IMG/VR virus record: IMGVR_UViG_3300037333_000056
Location: 9,660 to 73,659 of that record
Direction: 5' to 3' (one strand)
DNA from: a virus
Length of the DNA: 64,000 bases
The notes below the pieces were generated by a model. The model made no database searches, was not told the origin of the DNA, and was given only the letters and a program-made list of their open reading frames with translations. The position numbers were made by a program, and so were the translations under genes. Shown here one piece after another: positions 1 to 8,790 of this stretch (positions are counted from its first letter, which is position 1; each line of letters opens with the position of its first letter).

Positions 1-1
1 T

Positions 2-190
2 GGTCACGAACTACAAATAGAAATATCTGATTATCACAATATGTTGCCAGGTGGAGATTATGTGCTATCTAAAAATAAATATCTAAATACAGAAGGAGGA
101 TATAGCATTGGGGAAACATATACAATAGATGATGAACTACTTGCATGTGACTATCAATATTCTGAATTTGAAATATATTGGAGTGAATAA
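2..190 (+). CDS. 5'-truncated small hypothetical protein, paralog of 190..450
   Basis: Frame-2 ORF ...LLACDYQYSEFEIYWSE* resembles LLNCSYQHSEFIFYWRK of the next ORF; TAATG stop/start overlap at 188-192. Confidence 0.7.
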   Translation, partial: GHELQIEISDYHNMLPGGDYVLSKNKYLNTEGGYSIGETYTIDDELLACDYQYSEFEIYWSE

Positions 191-450
191 TGAATAAACA
201 GATTAGACTGAATATTAATACACAGTACTCTGCCTATATTTCGTCTACAAACGGTAACGAAAAGCAATATATTGACAAGTATAAAAATGAATTTAATCTT
301 ATTCATGAAAAATTTATAGGACTAGAATATGAGTGGTATGAATCAGAAAATACAACAACACGTATAAAAACATTACTTAACTGCTCATATCAACACTCAG
401 AATTTATATTTTATTGGAGAAAAGATGAAAAAGCAATCATGTTTGACTAA
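190..450 (+). CDS. MxKQ-family mini-protein
   Basis: Starts MNKQIRL; coupled to the upstream stop. Confidence 0.7.
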   Translation: MNKQIRLNINTQYSAYISSTNGNEKQYIDKYKNEFNLIHEKFIGLEYEWYESENTTTRIKTLLNCSYQHSEFIFYWRKDEKAIMFD

Positions 451-622
451 AGAATTTATTGATATAAATAACTATATGGATGGGTTTGAAAATATGGATA
501 ATGAACATTATGTTAATCATAAAGCATGTAGATACTGTAGCGATGAGAAAGACAAGACAATTACGATGATACAAAATAATATTACACCATACAAGAAGGA
601 CGATTGGATTAAAAATGGTTAA
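425..622 (+). CDS. MxKQ-family mini-protein
   Basis: MKKQSCL...ITPYKKDDWIKNG; GGAG upstream of ATG. Confidence 0.7.
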   Translation: MKKQSCLTKEFIDINNYMDGFENMDNEHYVNHKACRYCSDEKDKTITMIQNNITPYKKDDWIKNG

Positions 623-802
623 ACAGTTATCAACATCAAAAGATGCAGTTGAAATAAGTACTTTTGGAGTAGACAATGAAATGTCAAGAAACACAAGACA
701 TAAGGCAGTATATTATATTGGTGATAAAGAAGGTAAATTATTAACAATGACAAAACCATTAATTACACCATACAAGAAGGACGATTGGATTAAAAATGGT
801 TA
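581..802 (+). repeat. Perfect 41-bp direct repeat (581-621 and 762-802) spanning gene junctions
   Basis: ATTACACCATACAAGAAGGACGATTGGATTAAAAATGGTTA occurs twice, 181 bp apart; each copy holds a gene end plus the next ATG. Confidence 0.95.
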
Positions 803-803
803 G
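615..803 (+). CDS. MxKQ-family mini-protein
   Basis: MVKQLST...ITPYKKDDWIKNG. Confidence 0.7.
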   Translation: MVKQLSTSKDAVEISTFGVDNEMSRNTRHKAVYYIGDKEGKLLTMTKPLITPYKKDDWIKNG

Positions 804-999
804 GCAATTAAATGTAAGCAATAAACATCTAGTAGTTAATATAGAACTAGAAGATAGTGGACATATCTACTCAAAGCACAAATACTTAAGCTCTATATTT
901 GAAAAACAAACACTTATGGAATTTGTTTTATGTATCAGTAACAAGCTATGCTCTAATAAATATTGGAAAAAAGATATGGAACAAACGCAGAAGCACTAA
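796..999 (+). CDS. MxKQ-family mini-protein
   Basis: MVRQLNV...YWKKD. Confidence 0.65.
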   Translation: MVRQLNVSNKHLVVNIELEDSGHIYSKHKYLSSIFEKQTLMEFVLCISNKLCSNKYWKKDMEQTQKH

Positions 1000-1046
1000 C
1001 AACTACATATTATAATATTGTAGCAAACACAATAAAGGAGCAACGT

Positions 1047-3017
1047 ATGGATTTTAAATTAAGGCAGTATCAAGTAGAAGCTATTGATGCTATAGAGGGG
1101 AACATATTGTTCGGAGAAAAGAATATTATACTAAAGGCAACTACTTCATTTGGAAAGTCGTCAGTAATAGCAGGACTATGTGAACGCTTCAACGACAAAA
1201 GTATTTCTATTATTGTTAATATTGAGCCTCTAATAGACCAAATAGCTGTTTTCTTGAAACTACTTAATATAGACTATTCAATACTAAAGGCAGGGCGAGA
1301 ATCTGAATTTAGAGCGTCATCAAGAGTTCATCTTATCATGTCTCAAACATTATATGCAAGACTTGATAAGCTAGATATAAAATCTGATATATGTATCATA
1401 GATGAACGTCATATAGAGTATGATACAAAAAGAACCGGAGATGTGCTTAAACACATAACTCCTGACGTAATCATAGGAATGACTGCTACACCGTATAATC
1501 AAGCTGGTTTTGCACTAGCAAATGCAGAAATAGTTGAGACAGCAGATACTAACTGGTTAACAGAACAAGGGTATTTGTCTAAAGTAAACTACTATGTACC
1601 AAGATGGGCAGAAAAAGTTGACTATTCATCTGTTAGCAAGTCTGGCGTAGACTACAATCTATCATCACTAGACTCAATCATCAATTCAAAATCAAACATT
1701 AGCAAAATTGTAAAAGCAATGAACGATATGAAATGCAAAGATAAGAAAACGCTAGTGTTTTGTACGACAATAGACCAATGCAACTTAATTGCAGAAGCAC
1801 TTAGTAAGGACGGATATAGTGCGAAGGCTTATCATTCAGATAATTCAAAAAATGAAAATGAATATATACTTGATTCATTCAAGAACAATACTAAATTATT
1901 TGCTAATACAAGCGAAAATAAGACACTTTTTGATGAAAACGAACTATCTGTAGATAAAGACGCAGTTAAGTGCTTAATATCCGTTTCTAAGCTAACTACA
2001 GGGTTCTCTGTAAACGATATTGATATTGGAGTATCGCTTAGACCTAGTAAGGTGCGTTCGCTTGTAGAGCAGATTATAGGTAGAGTTAGAAGAACGTCAA
2101 ATTCTTTAGATGAGCTACTATCTAAGTATTCAAATGTTAAAGGCAAAAAAATTGCATTTGTATGCTCTGCGTACAATGAGAAAACAAAAATTAAAACTCA
2201 ACTAAAGCAACTTAAAGCATCACATATAGATGTATTTGAATACAAATCAGAACCAGATGAATACGATATAGTAGAGTGCAATGTTAGACCAAATAAGGAA
2301 TATGGTGAATATTTAGATCTAGCACAAAATATTAACACGCATGGTTTTCCTGAAGAAACTTACTATGCACCTGAATTTACTGGCTTTCACACTCAAGATA
2401 AGCAAAACCTTGAGGAAGCAACTAAAGACCTAAAAATGGACCATCTAATGGCTACAATAGGGTCAGATAAACCAGAGTGCATAACGAGAGATGGATACAA
2501 TATAAAAATAGAGCAGATAAAGAAAGATTCAACAAAATTAACTAATCTAACGATTAGACAACTATCAAACAAACTTGAAGTTGAGATGGATCCTACTACG
2601 ATTATATCTGTAACTTGTGTGCTGTTTGACAAGATGCATTGCTCTGGAGACTATGTAGATAAATTTGGGAAACAAGTACGTGGATATACTACTAATAAAG
2701 GAAAAGACGTAGTTAATTTTCTTAATCCTAGAAGCATTGGCTGGATAGCTGAAGACTGGGTAAAACAATTAGAACTAGAAAATGCATTCTATAAGCGAAA
2801 ATATATTAAGGCACTAAGAACCAGATGCAAAACTCTATTGCTGCAGAAAGGTTCAATATATGCAATAAAGTATTTCTTACAATTTCTACTAGAAGGAGAT
2901 GCAGAAGAAAAGAACAGGAACAATAGTGAGGAAGAAGAGGCTTCATATTCTGTTCAAATAGAAGACAGCAGTGGAAACATAGAAGTACATATAGACGATT
3001 GTGATATTCCATTTTAA
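1047..3017 (+). CDS. Superfamily 2 (DExH, Res/YejH-like) DNA helicase
   Basis: LRQYQ Q-motif, ATTSFGKS Walker A, IIDERH, GMTATP, QIIGRVRR; start moved to ATG 1047 after AAGGAG. Confidence 0.9.
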   Translation: MDFKLRQYQVEAIDAIEGNILFGEKNIILKATTSFGKSSVIAGLCERFNDKSISIIVNIEPLIDQIAVFLKLLNIDYSILKAGRESEFRASSRVHLIMSQTLYARLDKLDIKSDICIIDERHIEYDTKRTGDVLKHITPDVIIGMTATPYNQAGFALANAEIVETADTNWLTEQGYLSKVNYYVPRWAEKVDYSSVSKSGVDYNLSSLDSIINSKSNISKIVKAMNDMKCKDKKTLVFCTTIDQCNLIAEALSKDGYSAKAYHSDNSKNENEYILDSFKNNTKLFANTSENKTLFDENELSVDKDAVKCLISVSKLTTGFSVNDIDIGVSLRPSKVRSLVEQIIGRVRRTSNSLDELLSKYSNVKGKKIAFVCSAYNEKTKIKTQLKQLKASHIDVFEYKSEPDEYDIVECNVRPNKEYGEYLDLAQNINTHGFPEETYYAPEFTGFHTQDKQNLEEATKDLKMDHLMATIGSDKPECITRDGYNIKIEQIKKDSTKLTNLTIRQLSNKLEVEMDPTTIISVTCVLFDKMHCSGDYVDKFGKQVRGYTTNKGKDVVNFLNPRSIGWIAEDWVKQLELENAFYKRKYIKALRTRCKTLLLQKGSIYAIKYFLQFLLEGDAEEKNRNNSEEEEASYSVQIEDSSGNIEVHIDDCDIPF

Positions 3018-3036
3018 TATACAAAGGAAAGATACT

Positions 3037-3234
3037 ATGGTAAAACAATTTAGAGTTGTAGGCGATAGAACAAAAATGGGATACTACAATCCAGCACAGA
3101 TTATGTCTTATCTGCCTATAAAATACACATTCAGCACGGTATTGAATAGTGGCTCAAGTTCAAGAAAAATACTGTATATGGATAACAATAATGCTGATGA
3201 AAAAACTTTCTGGGAAAAGACGAAATATGTTTAA
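3037..3234 (+). CDS. MxKQ-family mini-protein
   Basis: AAAGGA RBS, MVKQFRV...KMGYY...ILYM...DEKTFWEK. Confidence 0.7.
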   Translation: MVKQFRVVGDRTKMGYYNPAQIMSYLPIKYTFSTVLNSGSSSRKILYMDNNNADEKTFWEKTKYV

Positions 3235-3481
3235 GCAATCTAAAATGATAAGTAATGGAGCTAAAATGGGATACTACTATCCATCTATCGATCCATTTTG
3301 TGATTCATCTACTGCTGTAGACTATATGAACATAAAATTTATATACAATAAAGGTATAAGATTTGAAGATGGAGGAATATTATATATGGAAAGTGAATGC
3401 ATATCGTCTACTCACCGTACTGACGAAAAAGCTTTTTGGATAAAGAGTAGGAAACACACTATCAATAAAGAATATGTGTAG
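3227..3481 (+). CDS. MxKQ-family mini-protein
   Basis: MFKQSKM...KMGYY...ILYM...DEKAFWIK; clear paralog of the previous ORF. Confidence 0.7.
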   Translation: MFKQSKMISNGAKMGYYYPSIDPFCDSSTAVDYMNIKFIYNKGIRFEDGGILYMESECISSTHRTDEKAFWIKSRKHTINKEYV

Positions 3482-3542
3482 CATAGACCGTATTATTTAA
3501 GCTAAAACAGTTAAATTAATATGCGTATGAAAACATAAACTG

Positions 3543-3648
3543 CTTCTGCGGTTGTGGAGGAGTAGACGTGACACGCATTTTCGAGCAAGCCGAAGGCTGT
3601 CGCAGAAAAGCGTATTGCGAAAGCTACGATAGCCACATAACGGAGAAG
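3543..3648 (+). other. GC-rich intergenic rod-like hairpin A (ncRNA or ssDNA signal)
   Basis: Nested pairings CTTCT/AGAAG, GTGG/CCAC, GTAG/CTAC, ACGC/GCGT, TTTT/AAAA; apex AGCC-GAA-GGCT. Confidence 0.6.
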
Positions 3649-3676
3649 AACAATTGAGCACCAAGAAAGGAATAAT

Positions 3677-3886
3677 ATGTTTAAGCAAATATCTCTAGGG
3701 AATGACAAAACAACAATGGGATCCATTTTTAAACGTAAATATATATCAATACAATTCAACAATCAGGATAGGCATATTTATGAAGAAAAATTTAGATTAA
3801 TAGACTTATTCCATACAACAATTGTAAGTTATGGAACAATAAGTTATTTATTCGATATAAACATATTCCAGAAAGAGATAGCATGA
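3677..3886 (+). CDS. MxKQ-family mini-protein
   Basis: AAAGGA RBS, MFKQISLGNDKTTMG. Confidence 0.7.
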   Translation: MFKQISLGNDKTTMGSIFKRKYISIQFNNQDRHIYEEKFRLIDLFHTTIVSYGTISYLFDINIFQKEIA

Positions 3887-4077
3887 GAAAACAACTAATG
3901 ATTATTGATGGGTATTGCAACATTGAAGGAATGAATCCTAAGACTTTAGTATCTACTTTCTCTCAAAGGAGAACGCCAATAAAACTCGATAATCTGCTGT
4001 ACATGTACAGGCTTATGATAATTCAAGAAAAGATGGTTATGATAGGGAAACTTACTATATTTAATAAAGATCAATAG
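3883..4077 (+). CDS. MxKQ-family mini-protein
   Basis: ATGA overlap, MRKQLMI...IFNKDQ. Confidence 0.65.
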   Translation: MRKQLMIIDGYCNIEGMNPKTLVSTFSQRRTPIKLDNLLYMYRLMIIQEKMVMIGKLTIFNKDQ

Positions 4078-4098
4078 TTTCTGGTTCTCATTTGTTAT

Positions 4099-4222
4099 GT
4101 AACTATTTGCAGTATCCTTCGGTAGCTGCTGTTTCTCGTTTTTGAGCTATGGCTATCGCCATACCCTCTGGGCACGCTCTTCAACTGCGATACAGGTCAA
4201 CCTTGAATACTACAATAGTTAC
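4099..4222 (-). other. Intergenic rod-like hairpin B, inverted homolog of A
   Basis: Closing stem GTAACTATT...AATAGTTAC, inner TATGGC/GCCATA; G-U pairs favour the minus strand. Confidence 0.6.
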
Positions 4223-4345
4223 GGACTAATTTTTATAGTATTATCTATATAATATATATAGCTCTATATAGAGAAAGTTATAAAAAATAGTACCTAAAAT
4301 GCTCATAAAGCACGGTGTACTGGGAGTTTGATAAGTTTTAAATAA

Positions 4346-4468
4346 TACTCACAGTATGAATATAGAAGTTGAGTAATATATGCAGACTGTGAGTACTTTT
4401 ATAGCTACAAATTGTATTCAGTATTGAGTATAATTTTAAGCTATATGTAATATTAAATTGTATATAAT
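4346..4468 (+). promoter_or_regulatory. 18-bp inverted repeat (4346-4363 / 4378-4395), TGAGTA repeats and sigma70-like -10 (TATAAT 4463-4468) upstream of RepL-like gene
   Basis: TACTCACAGTATGAATAT and ATATGCAGACTGTGAGTA are 16/18 complementary. Confidence 0.6.
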
Positions 4469-4573
4469 TAGGGATATTAAAAGACACACCATGGTTTTTA
4501 GGTTGGCTCCTACCATAGTGCGAAGAAAGTTTTTAATTATGAACACATCATACAAACACAATGGGAACATAAC

Positions 4574-5452
4574 ATGACTGAATTATACAATGAACACAAT
4601 GAAATAGAGCTTATCTCAGAGACAACTTTAACATCAGATAGCGGACTTGCTATAGCAAAAATAGAATCAACAACTTTACAAAGAATAAAAAAAGGAAAAA
4701 GAGCAATGATGACACCAATGATAGCAAAATACGCAGTTAAAGGAGTAATAAATAGCAACAAATTTATAGGAGAAAAAGGGCTTAAAGAAATAATGAATAA
4801 GTATGATAGCTCCGCATTTAACGTTTTTATAGAGGAAACTATATGTGGACTAATGAATGATTACGGATGTATAATTTCTGATAGTTCAGTTACGAAACTC
4901 ATATATAGTAAAGCTAAAGTATCTAAAAGCTCTTTTGATAGATACATGAAGCTATTACGGGACAATAATGTGATTCGTAAGGTGAATAATAAGCTTATAG
5001 TGATTAACCCATATCAGCTATACAAAAATTGTACGATTTCAGGAGAACATCTATGGCAACTTCAGGCTAACTGGGAACTAGAGAAGGTAATGACACACTG
5101 GTTCGAGATAGATGACGAAGCAAGACTTGATGTGCTACGATCTAAAGCAGAGCTTGATAAGGCTTGGGCAGAAGAAAAGCTAGAAAAGATTAAGAAGAGT
5201 AATGCAGAGGTTGCATCTATCTATGAAGAACCGGAGAAGTATGCTACAGCTATAGAGGCTTTTACAGATTATAATGTAGAGAAAGGATTAATAGTTACAA
5301 CTTTTGCAGACTATCTTAGTGATGACACTGGTTCTAGACACTTTAGATCGTGGTATTTAAGCGAAAAAAATACTACTCATAGGCCAAAGCTACAATATGA
5401 CTATAAAGACCGTAGAGCGTATGCTGATGCGTTTATAGAGATATCGAAATGA
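4574..5452 (+). CDS. RepL-like winged-helix replication/DNA-binding protein
   Basis: KAKVSKSSFDRYMKLLRDNNVIRKVNNKLIVINPY fits the wHTH + INP pattern of RepL-type proteins. Confidence 0.6.
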   Translation: MTELYNEHNEIELISETTLTSDSGLAIAKIESTTLQRIKKGKRAMMTPMIAKYAVKGVINSNKFIGEKGLKEIMNKYDSSAFNVFIEETICGLMNDYGCIISDSSVTKLIYSKAKVSKSSFDRYMKLLRDNNVIRKVNNKLIVINPYQLYKNCTISGEHLWQLQANWELEKVMTHWFEIDDEARLDVLRSKAELDKAWAEEKLEKIKKSNAEVASIYEEPEKYATAIEAFTDYNVEKGLIVTTFADYLSDDTGSRHFRSWYLSEKNTTHRPKLQYDYKDRRAYADAFIEISK

Positions 5453-5646
5453 TAAAGCAACTAATTATATTAGCAGAAAGAAAAAAAAGAATAAAAGGAA
5501 TATATAGCTTCAATATAAAATATATTGATAGAAATAGCATAAATAGCTTAGGTGCAATATTAACTATGTATGACGACATACACACATCAGATGGTGAATA
5601 TGAATACCTTGGACAAAAAGGATTTTTTGATAAAAAAAATGGATAA
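5449..5646 (+). CDS. MxKQ-family mini-protein
   Basis: MIKQLII...RIKG...FFDKKNG. Confidence 0.7.
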   Translation: MIKQLIILAERKKRIKGIYSFNIKYIDRNSINSLGAILTMYDDIHTSDGEYEYLGQKGFFDKKNG

Positions 5647-5652
5647 ATTATA

Positions 5653-5838
5653 ATGATAAAGCAACTAAAGATTATAAACATAAATAGTGAAGTGCATAGA
5701 ATAAAAGGAATGCTTGGTGATATAAATATGAAAATTACACGAAAAAAGAATGTATTGCCAGCATTAATTGGATCATGCAGCAGTATTGTTACAGCAAACA
5801 AGATGTATTGGAACAGAAAATACTGGAATAAAAGGTAA
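5653..5838 (+). CDS. MxKQ-family mini-protein
   Basis: MIKQLKI...RIKG...YWNKR. Confidence 0.7.
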   Translation: MIKQLKIININSEVHRIKGMLGDINMKITRKKNVLPALIGSCSSIVTANKMYWNRKYWNKR

Positions 5839-5849
5839 AGGAATAATTT

Positions 5850-6329
5850 ATGAAAAAAAACAACACAACAGAATGGAATAAGGCAATTGAACTATTATCT
5901 AATGTAGCAGAATACGAAGCATCAAGCATTGAATATGAGGTAGCTGACACAACAACAAATTCATGGGAAGAGTTTAAAGAAAAATGTAAAAAAGATGGAT
6001 ATATTACTGTATCTAAAGATGAATGTGATAACTCTATATACGATAGCCCTATAGTTAACAGAATGGCACGTGTATGGCACGATAAGTTACATTTGAATCA
6101 TAACCTTAGTTTTTCATTAGAAGACGAAATAAAGGTAGCTAAATATCAACAATTAGATATTGATAATTATAGAATGATGCACTTTAGTGAATACTCTCAA
6201 TCTGTAGTAGATTTAGCAAAAAAAATCATATATATTGATGTAGCAGAACAACTAAAATACTATTATGAGAATAATGAATATGTTGAGAACCAAAAGGCAT
6301 TCGTACTTAATATTATATACAATAAGTAG
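5850..6329 (+). CDS. Hypothetical protein
   Basis: 159-aa ORF with AAAGGA RBS. Confidence 0.75.
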   Translation: MKKNNTTEWNKAIELLSNVAEYEASSIEYEVADTTTNSWEEFKEKCKKDGYITVSKDECDNSIYDSPIVNRMARVWHDKLHLNHNLSFSLEDEIKVAKYQQLDIDNYRMMHFSEYSQSVVDLAKKIIYIDVAEQLKYYYENNEYVENQKAFVLNIIYNK

Positions 6330-6334
6330 ATACC

Positions 6335-6556
6335 GTGTTAAAGCAATTCAAGATGGCTGTAGAAAATAATAGCAGAGTATTAGCCGAAGAATTCAGTAGT
6401 AACTACTTGGAAAGAAAGTATATATATAGTCCAGTTGTATACAAAGAGACAAAGGAGTGCAATAATGTAATTGGGCAATCATTCATAATGCATTCATGCC
6501 ACGAGTACAATGACTATTCTTCATCTAAATCAGCATGGATAAAAGGAAATAATTAA
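6335..6556 (+). CDS. MxKQ-family mini-protein (GTG start)
   Basis: MLKQFKM...AWIKGNN. Confidence 0.6.
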   Translation: MLKQFKMAVENNSRVLAEEFSSNYLERKYIYSPVVYKETKECNNVIGQSFIMHSCHEYNDYSSSKSAWIKGNN

Positions 6557-6618
6557 TGACTAAGCAATTAACATTAGTGAAGGATAATAAATACACTAAT
6601 AATAAAATTGAAAAATAA
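6556..6618 (+). pseudogene. Truncated MxKQ-family remnant (20 aa)
   Basis: TAATG overlap, AAAGGA RBS, MTKQLTLVKDNKYTNNKIEK*. Confidence 0.5.
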
Positions 6619-6652
6619 GTTACAAAAAAGCTTTTAAAACAAGGAGACTAAA

Positions 6653-6970
6653 ATGGAATTAACAGAAAAACAATACGGTAATCTAAATAGAAGATTTATG
6701 GAGGCAAAGATGGAATTAGACAAAGCTACAGAAGCATTTAATGCAATTAAGGATGAAGTAAAAGATGCAGCATCTGGTTCTGAACTTGAAATGGAAAACG
6801 TTACAGTATTCTATTCAAGTAGAACTACAGTGAATTATAAAAAATTCATTGAGGAAAATAAGCTTAATATTCCAGACGAATATGTAACTATAAAAGATGT
6901 TGAGACTGTACGATATGTTAGTCCACAAGAAGAACCTGTTGGGATGATTAGCATAAATGGAGATGAATAA
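6653..6970 (+). CDS. Hypothetical coiled-coil protein
   Basis: AAGGAG RBS, 105 aa. Confidence 0.8.
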   Translation: MELTEKQYGNLNRRFMEAKMELDKATEAFNAIKDEVKDAASGSELEMENVTVFYSSRTTVNYKKFIEENKLNIPDEYVTIKDVETVRYVSPQEEPVGMISINGDE

Positions 6971-7191
6971 TGAGTGATAAAAAAACATTCTCAGTAAAGC
7001 TTGAATTTGACAAGGTGCTTACTATGCTTCTAGATGTAGAAGTTAAAGCAAGCACAAGAGAGAAAGCAATTAGAATTGCAATAGAAAATTACAAGAATAA
7101 TATGTATGCAGATTCAGACATGTATGAAGCAGATGATGCATTTGTTACAATGAATATAAACAGCAGCGACTGGATTGTTGATGAAGAATAG
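6970..7191 (+). CDS. Hypothetical protein
   Basis: Coupled ORF with VEVKASTREKAI motif common in small phage proteins. Confidence 0.75.
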   Translation: MSDKKTFSVKLEFDKVLTMLLDVEVKASTREKAIRIAIENYKNNMYADSDMYEADDAFVTMNINSSDWIVDEE

Positions 7192-7193
7192 AT

Positions 7194-7394
7194 ATGTTTA
7201 CATATAGAGACAGAACTTGGTGCAATGAAAAAACATGTACTAATACGAAATGCAATAGATTACTTACAGATAAAGAAAAAGCGAAAGCAACAAGAGAATG
7301 GACAGGATCGCCTATATATTCTCTTGGAGAGCTTAGAGACACAGAACTATGTATTGGATACACAACAAAGGAATACAATGAAAACAATAAATAA
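7194..7394 (+). CDS. Small Cys-containing hypothetical protein
   Basis: YRDRTWC...C...C pattern, 66 aa. Confidence 0.6.
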   Translation: MFTYRDRTWCNEKTCTNTKCNRLLTDKEKAKATREWTGSPIYSLGELRDTELCIGYTTKEYNENNK

Positions 7395-8268
7395 GAATGG
7401 AATAGAATACGAGTTACCAAGCGTTACACTATTGAATGTTGCTGGATTAGGAATATCTGAATTTGCTGGGAGAACAGCATACAATAGCTTTGACAAATCA
7501 GAAAACAGTGCAATAAAAGACCTAGATGTACTATTGACAGAAAACGAAATTAAAGGCGTAGATTTAGATGTTTCTATTAAGAAAGTAAATGCAGTTGAAC
7601 ATTCAAACTTGCTAGATAGTTTAGCATGGGTGCATCATCATCATAGCGTGCTAGAGCAATGTGAGCTCTGGTTCTCAGTAAAAGGTACAAGCAGAGGAGT
7701 ACTGCAGGAGCATAGCAGGCACAGACATCAGGAGCTTACAGTCCAATCGACAAGATATACAATGTCATCTGTAATCAATGCGTTTATTGCATCGTACACA
7801 AGATACAATAGCACTAGCACAATAACAGCAAAAGGAATGTTTAATAAACTTGTAATTGAATTAAATATGTTTGTTATTGCAGATAAATATATGATTGAAA
7901 TAGAGTCAAACTCAATGTATGACAAATTATTGTATCAGCTGAGAGTATTAGGAGAAGATAAATTTATTGAACTTGCAACATCAAAAAACATGAGGGAAAA
8001 CGGAAGTCTAGATCTTGAAACTACGATTGATATATTTGATGCACTTGAGCAATCAAAACAGGTTAGAAATATTGGAGACAACTTCAAACATATAGTAACA
8101 GACAACTGGAAGGTTGATATGGTATTTAAGATGAATCTTAGGTCACTAAAAAACTACTTGACATTACGAGACTCAGGATCAGCTTATTTCCTAATGAAAG
8201 AATTAGCTATTGCAATCAAAGAAGCTACTCCTAAAAACTACTTAGATTTAATTATTAAACAAAAGTAG
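7378..8268 (+). CDS. thyX: Flavin-dependent thymidylate synthase
   Basis: HHSVLE, SRGVLQEHSRHRHQELTVQSTRY (RHRx7S), NLRSLKNYLTLR; start at ATG 7378 after AAAGGA. Confidence 0.9.
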   Translation: MKTINKNGIEYELPSVTLLNVAGLGISEFAGRTAYNSFDKSENSAIKDLDVLLTENEIKGVDLDVSIKKVNAVEHSNLLDSLAWVHHHHSVLEQCELWFSVKGTSRGVLQEHSRHRHQELTVQSTRYTMSSVINAFIASYTRYNSTSTITAKGMFNKLVIELNMFVIADKYMIEIESNSMYDKLLYQLRVLGEDKFIELATSKNMRENGSLDLETTIDIFDALEQSKQVRNIGDNFKHIVTDNWKVDMVFKMNLRSLKNYLTLRDSGSAYFLMKELAIAIKEATPKNYLDLIIKQK

Positions 8269-8277
8269 AAAAATGTT

Positions 8278-8778
8278 ATGTCGTATAATTACATAAGAAC
8301 AATTAATGAATACTTAGAACAAAAGAAGAAGAAAGGAACTACAGCAGGAGGAAGAATGTCGTTCAGCAATGATGTTCTATATTCGTATGACTCAGTACTA
8401 GCTATAATTGATAAGAAAAACAATATATTGCTTATTGACAACAGTATAAGCAATATATCGAACACATCAAGAAAACACGCAAGGATATTGCTAAGTGAAA
8501 ATATGGGGCACGAATACTCAGTACTAGCAATAGCGTACATAAATAACTATAGAGAATCAGCACGTATATTGGGTGATAACATAGAGCACTGCATACAAAA
8601 AGCAAATAGAGCAAGAACAATGCATACTAAAGAGAAATGGAAAGAAAAATCTATTAGCAAATATATGATGTTGAAACTATTATCAAATACTTATTTAGAT
8701 AAAAGAACAAAAGAGTATAGACTTAAAGATAAAGCATTTAAATTGCTATTTGAAAACAATATGCTTACAGTACAATAA
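8278..8778 (+). CDS. Hypothetical protein
   Basis: 166-aa ORF in operon. Confidence 0.75.
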   Translation: MSYNYIRTINEYLEQKKKKGTTAGGRMSFSNDVLYSYDSVLAIIDKKNNILLIDNSISNISNTSRKHARILLSENMGHEYSVLAIAYINNYRESARILGDNIEHCIQKANRARTMHTKEKWKEKSISKYMMLKLLSNTYLDKRTKEYRLKDKAFKLLFENNMLTVQ

Positions 8779-8790
8779 TAAAGGACAAAT

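Noticed and set aside
4485-4522. Possible tRNA in the hairpin upstream of the RepL-like gene
   Set aside because: A single short stem with no cloverleaf or T-loop consensus; no tRNA was recognised anywhere in the window
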